12,341 nucleotides of DNA from Candidatus Methylomirabilales bacterium (GTDB lineage Bacteria; Methylomirabilota; Methylomirabilia; Methylomirabilales; CSP1-5), in the NCBI GenBank assembly GCA_046758505.1, contig JBHIAH010000080.1, forward strand, positions 1-12,341, written 5' to 3'. Below are positions 4,586 to 12,341 of this stretch, piece after piece. Made by a program: the position numbers and the translations under genes. The notes beneath the pieces were generated by a model. That model did no database searches. It was not told the origin of the DNA and saw only the letters and a program-made list of their open reading frames with translations. Numbering within the stretch: position 1 is the stretch's first letter; every line of letters begins with the position of its first letter.

Positions 4586-6889
4586 GTGACCCTCCCGCTC
4601 GCCGTCCTCCTCGCTCCCTTCGTGGCCGCAGCGCTGACCCCCCTCCTGAGCCGACATCTGGGGACACGGACGGGGTGGTGGGCCGCCGCGGTCGCCCTGG
4701 GCGACACCCTCGCCCTCCTCACCCTCATTCCCCCCGTCGTCCATGGGGTTACGCTCCGCTCCACCCTCCCCTGGGTCCCTCTCCTCGGTGCCGATCTCTC
4801 CGTCGTCGTGGACGGGCTCAGCCTGTTTTTCGCCCTCCTGGTCTCCTTCGCCGGATGTCTCATCATGGCCTACGGGCGGTTTTACCTGGGCCGACATGAG
4901 GCCCACGGGAAGTTCTTCGCCTACATGCTGCTCTTCATGGGGTCGATGCTGGGCGTCGTCCTGACCGGCAACCTCATTGCGCTCTTCGTATTCTGGGAGT
5001 TGACAAGCTTCTCGTCGTTCCTCCTGATTGGGTTCTGGGATACCCGTGAGGCCTCGCGCTACGGCGCGACCAAGGCCCTTCTCATCACCGCCGCTGGCGG
5101 GATGGCGATGCTCATCGGCTTCATCCTCCTTCACGAGGTGACCGGAACCTGGGAAGTGGAGGCAATCCTGCGGCAGGGGGACCTGATCCGATCGAGTGCC
5201 TTCTATCTGCCGATCCTGGGCCTGGTGTTTCTCGGATGTATGACCAAGTCGGCCCAGACCCCCTTTCACATCTGGCTCCCGGATGCCATGGAGGCCCCGA
5301 CCCCGGTGAGCGCGTATCTGCACTCCGCCACCATGGTTAAGGCAGGGCTGTACCTGGTGGCCCGCCTGCATCCGGCCCTGTCGGGGACAGACGCGTGGCT
5401 GTATCTGGTCGGGGGGGTCGGCATCCTCACTCTGTGCGTGGGAGGATTCCTGGCGCTGGGCCAGGACGACATGAAGGCTCTGCTGGCGTACTCTACAGTG
5501 AGCCAGCTGGGGCTGATCATGGCGCTCTACGGCCTGGGGACCCGCGAGGGGGTGGTGGCGGGGTCCTTCCACCTCATGAATCACGCGGCCTTCAAGGCCG
5601 CCCTGTTTCTCTGCGTAGGGATGGTCGAGCACGAGGCCGGGACGAGACGCCTCAGCCAGTTGGGGGGTTTGTGGCGGGCGATGCCGTGGACGGCCACCTT
5701 CACCGTCGTTGCCGCGGCCGCCATGGCTGGGTTGCCACCCTTTGGTGGCTTTGTGAGCAAGGAACTCTTTTATGCGGCCACGCTCGAGGTGACCGGGGGC
5801 GCGGTCCGCGTCCTTTTTCCTGTTCTCGCGGTGGGAGGATCGGCTTTCACCTTTGCCTACTCACTGCGGCTCGTGTACGGGGCCTTCTTCGGGAGGCCGG
5901 GGCATTCCCCCCGACATCCGCACGAGGCGCCGCTGGGGATGCGCTTGTCCCCCCTCATCCTGGTCCTGTTTAATCCCTTCTTTGGCCTCTGGCCGGGGCC
6001 CACGGGCCACTTCCTCCTCGGCCCCATGGCGGCCGGGGTTCTGCGACACGGGGCAGAGGTCCACCTGGCTCTCTGGCACGGCCTCGGCTTCCCCCTGGTG
6101 ATGAGTGGCGTCACCATTGCGGCCGGCCTCCTCCTCTTTCCGGCCGGGGCACGGATCGAGCGGTGGCAGGGGGAGGCCTTCTCCCGGCTGAGCCTGGACA
6201 CCATCTACGACGGCAGCCTCCGCCTCTTCTCCAGATCGGCGCGAGACGTTTCGTCTTGGCTGCAATTCGGCATCCTCCGGTGGTACCTGGTGTGGATTCT
6301 CTCGTTCCTGAGCTTTGCAATCGTCTATACCTTCATCGTGGATCGGATCCGGATCATTCCGGTGGAAGCGCGCTCGGTCCTCTCCTACGAGGGAATCCTG
6401 CTCGGCCTGATCATCCTGGCGAGCGGCGCGGTGGTCCTCGCTCCTCGACCCCTGCCGGCGGTGATCCTGTTGGGAAGCGTCGGGTATCTGGTGGGGACTC
6501 TCTTCATTATCGTGTACGCGCCGGACCTGGCGCTTACCCAGATCCTGATCGAGACTGTCTCGCTGGTCCTCTTTCTCCTGGTGATCTACCGTCTCCCGCC
6601 CTTCATCCGGGAGGGAGCCTCGCGCGCGCGCCTCCTCCGCGATGGCCTGCTGGCCACGGCGGTGGGGGGGACGGTGGCGGCGGTCATTCTGGCCACCGCC
6701 GGGCAAGGGTATTATCCCTCGATCGCTGATTTCTTCCTCCGGGAGAGTCTCCCGGGAGGCGGCGGCAGAAACGTGGTCAACGTGATCCTGATCGACTTCC
6801 GGGGATACGACACCCTGGGAGAGATCACGGTCCTGTCCATCGCATTGCTGGCGGTCTACAATCTGCTGATGCGGAAGGGGACACGATGA
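4586..6889 (+). CDS. mrpA: Multisubunit Na+/H+ antiporter subunit A
   Basis: NuoL/MrpA motifs FWELTSFSSFLLIG, TKSAQTPFHIWLPDAMEAPTPVSAYLHSATMVKAG and LLAYSTVSQLG; MrpA-specific tail APDLALTQ...GGRNVVNVILIDFRGYDTLGE. GGAGG at 4576-4580. Confidence 0.96.
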   Translation: MTLPLAVLLAPFVAAALTPLLSRHLGTRTGWWAAAVALGDTLALLTLIPPVVHGVTLRSTLPWVPLLGADLSVVVDGLSLFFALLVSFAGCLIMAYGRFYLGRHEAHGKFFAYMLLFMGSMLGVVLTGNLIALFVFWELTSFSSFLLIGFWDTREASRYGATKALLITAAGGMAMLIGFILLHEVTGTWEVEAILRQGDLIRSSAFYLPILGLVFLGCMTKSAQTPFHIWLPDAMEAPTPVSAYLHSATMVKAGLYLVARLHPALSGTDAWLYLVGGVGILTLCVGGFLALGQDDMKALLAYSTVSQLGLIMALYGLGTREGVVAGSFHLMNHAAFKAALFLCVGMVEHEAGTRRLSQLGGLWRAMPWTATFTVVAAAAMAGLPPFGGFVSKELFYAATLEVTGGAVRVLFPVLAVGGSAFTFAYSLRLVYGAFFGRPGHSPRHPHEAPLGMRLSPLILVLFNPFFGLWPGPTGHFLLGPMAAGVLRHGAEVHLALWHGLGFPLVMSGVTIAAGLLLFPAGARIERWQGEAFSRLSLDTIYDGSLRLFSRSARDVSSWLQFGILRWYLVWILSFLSFAIVYTFIVDRIRIIPVEARSVLSYEGILLGLIILASGAVVLAPRPLPAVILLGSVGYLVGTLFIIVYAPDLALTQILIETVSLVLFLLVIYRLPPFIREGASRARLLRDGLLATAVGGTVAAVILATAGQGYYPSIADFFLRESLPGGGGRNVVNVILIDFRGYDTLGEITVLSIALLAVYNLLMRKGTR

Positions 6890-7314
6890 AGCGGCCGACC
6901 ACCGTCATCGCCGAGATTGTCACCCGGTTCTGCTTCCCCGTTATCCTCCTCTTTGCCCTCGCCCTCCTCTTGGCGGGGCACAACAATCCTGGGGGAGGCT
7001 TTATCGCCGGCGTCATGGCGTCGGCGGCCCTGGCGCTGCAGTACATCGTGTTCGGGATGCAGGACGTGCAACGGTTTACTCCCTCGAGCTATCTCGGCTT
7101 GGTGGCGGTCGGGCTGAGCCTCGCCCTGGGCACCGGCCTGGGCAGCCTGGTGCTCGGGTGGGGATTTCTCAAGAGCGGCATCCTGCATCTCCACCTCCCC
7201 ATCTTCGGGGAGGTGGAGATCGTCTCGGCCTTCGTCTTCGATCTGGGGGTCTTCTGCATCGTCGTGGGGGTCACCGTGACCGTGATATCGCTTTTGGGAA
7301 GGGAGAAGCCGTGA
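6886..7314 (+). CDS. mrpB: Na+/H+ antiporter subunit B
   Basis: GHNNPGGGFIAG and FDLGVF motifs; ATGA overlap with mrpA. Confidence 0.95.
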   Translation: MKRPTTVIAEIVTRFCFPVILLFALALLLAGHNNPGGGFIAGVMASAALALQYIVFGMQDVQRFTPSSYLGLVAVGLSLALGTGLGSLVLGWGFLKSGILHLHLPIFGEVEIVSAFVFDLGVFCIVVGVTVTVISLLGREKP

Positions 7315-7646
7315 CGACCTTTCTGGCCATCACCATCGGGGTTCTCTTCGGGACGGGGACCTTCCTCCTGCTCCGCCGCAACGCCCTGAAGGTGATCATC
7401 GGTCTCTCCCTCATCTCCCACGGGGCCAATCTCTTGCTGGTCACGTCGGGGGGCTTTGTCGGGCATCGGCCGCCGATCATCGGGCCCGGGGGAACAGCGT
7501 ACGTCGATCCCCTCCCGCAGGCGTTGGTCCTCACCGCCATCGTGATCAGCTTTGGGGTGACGGCCTTCCTGCTGGTGCTGCTCTATCGCCTCTACCAGCG
7601 GACGGGGACCGTGGACCTGGATCAGATCCGGAGGCTTCGGGGATGA
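7311..7646 (+). CDS. mrpC: Na+/H+ antiporter subunit C
   Basis: IIGLSLISHGANL and DPLPQALVLTAIVISFG motifs. The likely start is GTG 7311 (GTGA overlap with mrpB), not the ORF-track start at 7158. Confidence 0.95.
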   Translation: MTTFLAITIGVLFGTGTFLLLRRNALKVIIGLSLISHGANLLLVTSGGFVGHRPPIIGPGGTAYVDPLPQALVLTAIVISFGVTAFLLVLLYRLYQRTGTVDLDQIRRLRG

Positions 7647-9142
7647 AGGCGCTGGTCGTCCTGCCCATTCTCGTTCCGCTGGCGACCGCGATTCTCACCA
7701 TTTTTCTCGGACGGTCGCTTCGCGGAAAGGTCGCGGTCAGCCTCCTGGGGGGCGGGACCACCCTCGCCAGCGCCCTCCTGCTCCTCCACACGGTCTGGAG
7801 CCAGGGGACGGTTGTGCATGCCATGGGCAACTGGCCTCCCCCCTTTGGGATCATTCTGGTGGCGGATCTCTTGAGCAGCGGGATGGTCGTCCTCTCAAGC
7901 GTCGTGGGGATAGCCGCCCTCTGCTATTCGATTGGCTATGTCGAGGAGGAGGGGCAACGGCTCGCCTACCATCCCCTCTTTCACCTCCTGCTCATGGGGA
8001 TCCACGGGGCCTTCCTGACCGGCGACATTTTCAATCTCTTCGTCTTCTTCGAGATTCTCCTGATCGCCTCGTACGCCCTGGTGGCCTTCGCCGGCGAGGA
8101 CTATCAGCTCGAGGCCTCATTGAAATACGCCACCATCAACCTCATCGCCTCGGCGGGCTTTCTCGTGGCGGTGGGGGCGCTGTATGGGGTCATGGGAACC
8201 CTGAACATGGCCGACTTGAGTCTCAAGATCAGCCGGCTGCAGGACGCCGGCCCCCTCCCCGCCATTTTTCTCTTGTTCGTCGCGGTCTTCGGGGTGAAGG
8301 CGTCTCTGTTCCCGTTCTACTTCTGGCTCCCCGATGCCCACTCGAGCGCCCCCACGCCGATCAGCGCGATGCTCTCGGGGGTGCTGATCAAGGTGGGGGT
8401 CTACAGCATCCTCCGGGTCTCCAGCGTGATCTTCGTCCCCCTGCGTCCCGACGTCCAGGGTTGGATCCTGGCCCTCGCGGCCGTGACGATGGTCGTGGGG
8501 GCCTGTGGCGCGCTCGCCCAGTCGGATATCAAGCGCCTCCTGGCGTACTCGAGCGTAGGCCAAATGGGATACGTCCTCTTGGGCGTCGGGATCGGGACCC
8601 CGCTCGCCCTGGTGAGCACCCTCCTCTTTCTTGTCAATCACGCCCTGGCCAAGGCGATGCTCTTCCTATTGGCGGGGGAGGTGATCGAGGCGACGGGGAC
8701 CCGAGAGATGGGGGGCATGGGGGGACTGGGGCGGCAGATGCCCTGGACGTCTGGCGCCTTTCTGGTCGGGGCCATGGCTATTTCTGGTGTTCCCCCCCTG
8801 TTCGGCTTTTTTGCCAAGTTTCTCCTTATCAAGGCGGCGCTCGAGGCGGGGTACGACTTTCTCGCCGCCCTGGGGGCGGTGTTGGCAATCGTCACGATGT
8901 GGTATCTCTTCGGTGCGTGGCAACAGGTCTTTTGGGGGGAGGGGAGCGGCCGCACGCTCCACGCGGTCCCCCGGCTCATGCGAGGACCGGGCCTCGTGTT
9001 GGCCGGACTCATCCTGGTGGGCACGATATTCCTCAACCCCCTGGTCGATTTCTTGCGTGCCGTGGAAGGACAGTTGGAGAATCCGGGTGGGTATATCACC
9101 GCCGTGTTTCGGGAAGTGCCGCGTCTGAGCCGCCTGCCCTGA
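7643..9142 (+). CDS. mrpD: Na+/H+ antiporter subunit D
   Basis: GNWPPPFGIILVAD, FLTGDIFNLFVFFEI, KASLFPFYFWLP, LIKVGVY, KRLLAYSS and GVPPLFGFFAK motifs; ATGA overlap with mrpC. Confidence 0.96.
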   Translation: MKALVVLPILVPLATAILTIFLGRSLRGKVAVSLLGGGTTLASALLLLHTVWSQGTVVHAMGNWPPPFGIILVADLLSSGMVVLSSVVGIAALCYSIGYVEEEGQRLAYHPLFHLLLMGIHGAFLTGDIFNLFVFFEILLIASYALVAFAGEDYQLEASLKYATINLIASAGFLVAVGALYGVMGTLNMADLSLKISRLQDAGPLPAIFLLFVAVFGVKASLFPFYFWLPDAHSSAPTPISAMLSGVLIKVGVYSILRVSSVIFVPLRPDVQGWILALAAVTMVVGACGALAQSDIKRLLAYSSVGQMGYVLLGVGIGTPLALVSTLLFLVNHALAKAMLFLLAGEVIEATGTREMGGMGGLGRQMPWTSGAFLVGAMAISGVPPLFGFFAKFLLIKAALEAGYDFLAALGAVLAIVTMWYLFGAWQQVFWGEGSGRTLHAVPRLMRGPGLVLAGLILVGTIFLNPLVDFLRAVEGQLENPGGYITAVFREVPRLSRLP

Positions 9143-9212
9143 GCGGGTCGAAGGGGCTATGGACTGGGCCTGTCGAAGTATTGCCCTGAGTCCCTTGACG
9201 AAGCTCGGGGCA
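9135..9212. repeat. Cluster of CTGAGCnnGTCGAAG-type REP-like palindromic units
   Basis: TGCCCTGAGCGGGTCGAAGGG (9135-9155), GACTGGGCCTGTCGAAGT (9162-9179) and the hairpin TGCCCTGAG...CTCGGGGCA (9182-9212) enclosing an inverted degenerate unit. Confidence 0.65.
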
Positions 9213-9223
9213 CAGGAGGAGGA

Positions 9224-9718
9224 ATGGAAAAGCCTACGCCCGTCCCGCTGATCGCGCTGCTCGCCGTCATCTGGTGTTTTGTGCGGGGGACCGTCGACGT
9301 CGCCAACATCCTCATGGGGCTCATCATGGGGACCGGAATCTTTTTGCTGTTTCGGCCTTTCTTCCCCTGGCGCTCGTCCCCCCTCCGCCTTCTTCGAAAG
9401 ATCCCGGCCTCCCTCCGCTACGCCCGACACTTCCTCTACGAGCTGGGCAAGGCAAACCTGCAGGTGGCTTACCTGGCGCTCCATCCCAAGATGCCGATCC
9501 GTCCCGGGATCATTGCCTTCAGGACCCGTCACCGGAGTCCCCTCGGGACCACGGTGCTGGCCAACAGCATTACGCTTACCCCGGGGACCCTCACGATGGA
9601 TGTCACGCCCGATGGCCAAACGCTCTACATCCACACCCTGGACATTGGTGATCCGGAGGAGGTCCGGGAAGGGATTCGGCGAGGGCTGGAAGATTACACG
9701 CTGGAGGTGGCAGAGTGA
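9224..9718 (+). CDS. mrpE: Na+/H+ antiporter subunit E
   Basis: ANLQVA, PGII and LANSITLTPGTLT...LYIH motifs; AGGAGGAGG RBS. Confidence 0.95.
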   Translation: MEKPTPVPLIALLAVIWCFVRGTVDVANILMGLIMGTGIFLLFRPFFPWRSSPLRLLRKIPASLRYARHFLYELGKANLQVAYLALHPKMPIRPGIIAFRTRHRSPLGTTVLANSITLTPGTLTMDVTPDGQTLYIHTLDIGDPEEVREGIRRGLEDYTLEVAE

Positions 9719-9984
9719 TGACCATCCTCGTGAATGCCCTGCTCCTGGTGGTGGCCTGCTCGACCCTGTTGTGTCTCTACCGGATCGTGATGGGCCCCTC
9801 GATCCCCGACCGGGTGGTCGCCTTCGACGCCTTCTCCACCAATCTGGCCGTCGTCGTGGTGCTGCTCGTCATTCGGGATGGCCTCGTGGAACTCATCGAT
9901 GTGGTTCTCGTGCTGGCGATCTTGGGATTTGTGGGGACCATGGCGGTGGCCAAGTACATTAAAAAGGGGGACATCGTTGGCTAA
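9715..9984 (+). CDS. mrpF: Na+/H+ antiporter subunit F
   Basis: YRIVMGPSIPDRVVAFD and LGFVGTMAVAKY motifs. The start is GTG 9715 or ATG 9718, both overlapping the mrpE stop. Confidence 0.95.
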   Translation: MMTILVNALLLVVACSTLLCLYRIVMGPSIPDRVVAFDAFSTNLAVVVVLLVIRDGLVELIDVVLVLAILGFVGTMAVAKYIKKGDIVG

Positions 9985-10351
9985 TGTCATCGCCGGATTG
10001 CTGATGGTCATCGGGACCTTCTTTCTCGCGGCCGGGTCCATCGGGCTCATCCGGTTTCCCGATGTCCTGTGCCGCATGCACGCCACCACGAAGACCACGA
10101 CGCTCGGGGCCTGCAGCATCTTGCTGGCCGCCGCGGTGAAGTACGGACATTCTCCCATTGGGCTCAAGTCGCTCCTGGCAGTGGCCTTTCTCCTCCTGAC
10201 GGCTCCGGTCGGCGCACATATGATCGCTCGGGCCGCCTACCGGGGTCGGGCTCCCCTCGCGACGCACCGGATGGTGGCGGACGACCTGCAGCCGGTCGTG
10301 GAGGAGGCCGCCTATGTGTCCGAGCAGGAGTACGATCGGCCCAGCCGTTGA
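9977..10351 (+). CDS. mrpG: Na+/H+ antiporter subunit G
   Basis: GLIRFPDVLCRMHATTKTTTLG and LLTAPVGAHMIARAAY motifs. The probable start is TTG 9977 after AAGGGGG, overlapping the end of mrpF. Confidence 0.93.
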   Translation: MANVIAGLLMVIGTFFLAAGSIGLIRFPDVLCRMHATTKTTTLGACSILLAAAVKYGHSPIGLKSLLAVAFLLLTAPVGAHMIARAAYRGRAPLATHRMVADDLQPVVEEAAYVSEQEYDRPSR

Positions 10352-10491
10352 TCCATGCGCGGATCGGTGGTCCTCCGCACGAATCTCGTCCTCTCAACGA
10401 GCGGGTGAAAGCGGCCTGCCGAATCTGCAGTCCACTGACCCGTGAAGACAAGGAGCTTCTCCGGGGGGTGAGGACAAGAACGGCCTGACTA

Positions 10492-10508
10492 CTCCCCCTC
10501 GGGGGGAG
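10492..10508. other. GC-rich hairpin downstream of the mrp operon (no U-tract)
   Basis: CTCCCCC-TCG-GGGGGAG. It lacks a poly-T tail, so it is not a canonical intrinsic terminator. Confidence 0.3.
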
Positions 10509-10615
10509 CCGGGGTGCACTCGGGCGGCGTGATCTATCGCATGGGGCGTCTTTTGCGGAACGGTGTTTGGCGATGGGGGTGAAGAGAGATCCGGGAAGGG
10601 TTCTCGGGTTTCCCC

Positions 10616-10645
10616 TTGACACCACGCGGGAGACTCTTGTAGGGT
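10616..10645 (+). promoter_or_regulatory. Putative sigma70 promoter for the ABC substrate-binding gene
   Basis: TTGACA 10616-10621, N18, TAGGGT 10640-10645. Confidence 0.45.
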
Positions 10646-10750
10646 ACAGCAGCAGGCGCGGGATCTGTGCCTGAAACGCCTGAGGTCTCAGAGACCGGGG
10701 AGCACGGCTTTATACGAACCATGTTTTACTTATTGCCAAGGAGGTGACGC

Positions 10751-12341
10751 ATGACCATGAAAAGATCGACCCACTGGACGTGGTCCCTTGCCGCCGTATC
10801 CGCGATCGTGCTCGTGGTCGCGTTCGTGACGGCGCCGGCGGCCCAGGCGGCGAAGGCGCCCCGGTACGGGGGAATCCTGAACTTTGCCGTGGCGAAGGGT
10901 CCGCCGTCTTTCGATTGCCATCGGGAGAATACCTTTGCCTGCATCCACCCGATTGCCCCGTTTTACAGCCTCCTGCTCAAGTTCGATCAATGGCACTATC
11001 CGAAGATCGTCGGCGACGTGGCGGAAAGCTGGACGATCTCCAAAGATGGGAAGACGTACACCTTCAGGATCCGGACGGGGGTCAAGTTCCATGACGGATC
11101 CACGCTGACGGCCCGCGACGTCAAGGCCACTTATGACAAGCTCATCTTCCCGCCCAAAGGCGTCGTGAGCGCCCGCAAGGGGTCCTACCTCATGGTCAAG
11201 TCGGTGGAGGCGCCGAATGACCACACCGTGGTGTTTCGCCTGAAGTGGCCATCGGCCTCGTTTCTGGCCAACCTGTCCTCGCCCTGGAACTTTATCTACA
11301 AGGCGGATATCCTCGCCAAAGACCCCCACTGGTATGAGAAGAACGTGAATGGGACCGGCCCCTTCAAATTCGTGGAGTATGTCCCCGGCTCGCATCTGAG
11401 CGGCAAGAAGAACGAGGACTACTTTATGAAGGGGCGGCCCTATCTGGACGGGTTCAAGGCCATCTTTATCAAGTCGACCTCCGCCCGGGTGGCGGCGGTC
11501 CGAGGCGGTCGCGCGCTGATCGAGTTCCGGGGTTTCTCGCCTGCGGCCCGGGACGATATGGTCCGCACGCTGGGTGGCAAGATCAAGGTGCAGGAAGGCC
11601 CCTGGATCTGCTATCTCAGCGTGGCCATCAACAACGAGAAGCCTCCCTTCAACGACGTCCGGGTCCGGAAGGCGTTGACGCTGGCCCTGAACCGGTGGGA
11701 GGCCTCGGAGACACTTTCCCGGATCGCCATCCTGAAGCCGGTCGGGGGCATTCTGCGGCCTGGCTCCGAGTACGCGGCGACGGAAGGCGAGCTCACGAAG
11801 CTCGCCGGCTACGGGAAGGACATCACGGCGGCTCGGAAGAAGGCCCGCCGGCTGCTCAAGCAAGCCGGGATTTCCAAGGGCTACTCGTTTACCTTCAAGA
11901 ATCGCGACCTACCGATGCCGTACGAGCCCCTGGGGATCTGGCTCATCGACCAGTGGCGGCAGGTCGGGCTCAACGTCGAGCAGAAAGTTGAGGAGAAGGG
12001 GCCCTTCTTCTCGGATCGGAAGAAGGGGAACTTCCAAACCATCATGGACTGGGAGTGCGGGTTCATGGACGAGCCGGACCTCCAGCTCTTCAAGTTCCTC
12101 TCCAAGGGGAAGAGTGGCGCGAACTACTCGCGGTTTGTGGATTCGACCTTGGATAAACTTTACGAGGAGCAAGGCCGCGCCACCACGCACAAAGAGCGGC
12201 GAAAGCTGATCCGGACCTTTGAGCGCCGATTGCTGAACGAGAAGGTCTATACGTTTCCGACGCTCTGGTGGTGGAAGATCAATCCACACTGGGCCAAGGT
12301 GCGAGGCTGGAACCAGCTCCCCAGCCACTACCTGAACCAGG
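10751..12341 (+). CDS. ABC transporter substrate-binding protein, family 5 (DppA/OppA/NikA-like); 3' end beyond the window
   Basis: Absent from the ORF track because there is no stop in the window. SD AAGGAGGTGA 10738-10747. Translation MTMKRSTHWTWSLAAVSAIVLVVAFVTAPAAQA (signal peptide) ...PRYGGIL...GDVAESWTISKDGKTYTFRIRTGVKFHDGSTLTARDVKAT...GTGPFKF...PFNDVRVRKAL, ending HYLNQ at the window edge. Confidence 0.93.
   Translation, partial: MTMKRSTHWTWSLAAVSAIVLVVAFVTAPAAQAAKAPRYGGILNFAVAKGPPSFDCHRENTFACIHPIAPFYSLLLKFDQWHYPKIVGDVAESWTISKDGKTYTFRIRTGVKFHDGSTLTARDVKATYDKLIFPPKGVVSARKGSYLMVKSVEAPNDHTVVFRLKWPSASFLANLSSPWNFIYKADILAKDPHWYEKNVNGTGPFKFVEYVPGSHLSGKKNEDYFMKGRPYLDGFKAIFIKSTSARVAAVRGGRALIEFRGFSPAARDDMVRTLGGKIKVQEGPWICYLSVAINNEKPPFNDVRVRKALTLALNRWEASETLSRIAILKPVGGILRPGSEYAATEGELTKLAGYGKDITAARKKARRLLKQAGISKGYSFTFKNRDLPMPYEPLGIWLIDQWRQVGLNVEQKVEEKGPFFSDRKKGNFQTIMDWECGFMDEPDLQLFKFLSKGKSGANYSRFVDSTLDKLYEEQGRATTHKERRKLIRTFERRLLNEKVYTFPTLWWWKINPHWAKVRGWNQLPSHYLNQ

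Noticed and set aside
4388..5632. 414-aa minus-strand ORF (also 5861-6706, 8117-8641, 8666-9634)
   Set aside because: These lie antisense to well-supported mrp genes; shadow ORFs are expected from high-GC codon bias and they show no recognisable motifs.
4937..7275. GGGGTC hexamers inside mrp coding sequence as further junction motifs
   Set aside because: They lack the extended GAGTC...CTTG tail and are expected from Gly/Val/Ser codons in GC-rich DNA.
4586..9142. NADH dehydrogenase (nuoL/M/N) or membrane hydrogenase assignment
   Set aside because: The MrpA-specific C-terminal domain and contiguous mrpB, C, E, F and G are present, with no Fe-S or catalytic subunits.
10684..10696. Head-to-head BsaI sites as a sign of synthetic cloning
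   Set aside because: There is no vector, marker or other engineered feature, and the surrounding context is natural.
10730..11863. 377-aa minus-strand ORF (and 11909-12328)
   Set aside because: Antisense shadow of the ABC substrate-binding gene, which has an SD, a signal peptide and family-5 motifs on the + strand.

Overview
GC-rich bacterial window with two parts. The first (~1-3.7 kb) is an accessory patchwork of unrelated single-gene modules: a lower-GC wHTH-HATPase-STAS-like (DUF4325-type) gene behind a duplicated promoter with 22-bp-periodic operator boxes, a small GIY-YIG nuclease, a putative single-TM microprotein, a doubly frameshifted gene relic and an orphan metal-type MerR regulator with its own 19-bp-spacer dyad promoter. 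Most gaps between these modules hold a related GGGG(T/A)C(A/G)-headed motif, and two modules are bracketed by direct repeats, one of them a perfect 31-bp pair. The second part (3.8-12.3 kb) is ordinary host-like DNA: a DoxX-family gene, a complete seven-gene mrpABCDEFG Na+/H+ antiporter operon (long structured 5' leader, REP-like cluster between mrpD and mrpE) and a family-5 ABC substrate-binding protein that runs off the right edge. All calls come from reading motifs by eye; no searches were run.
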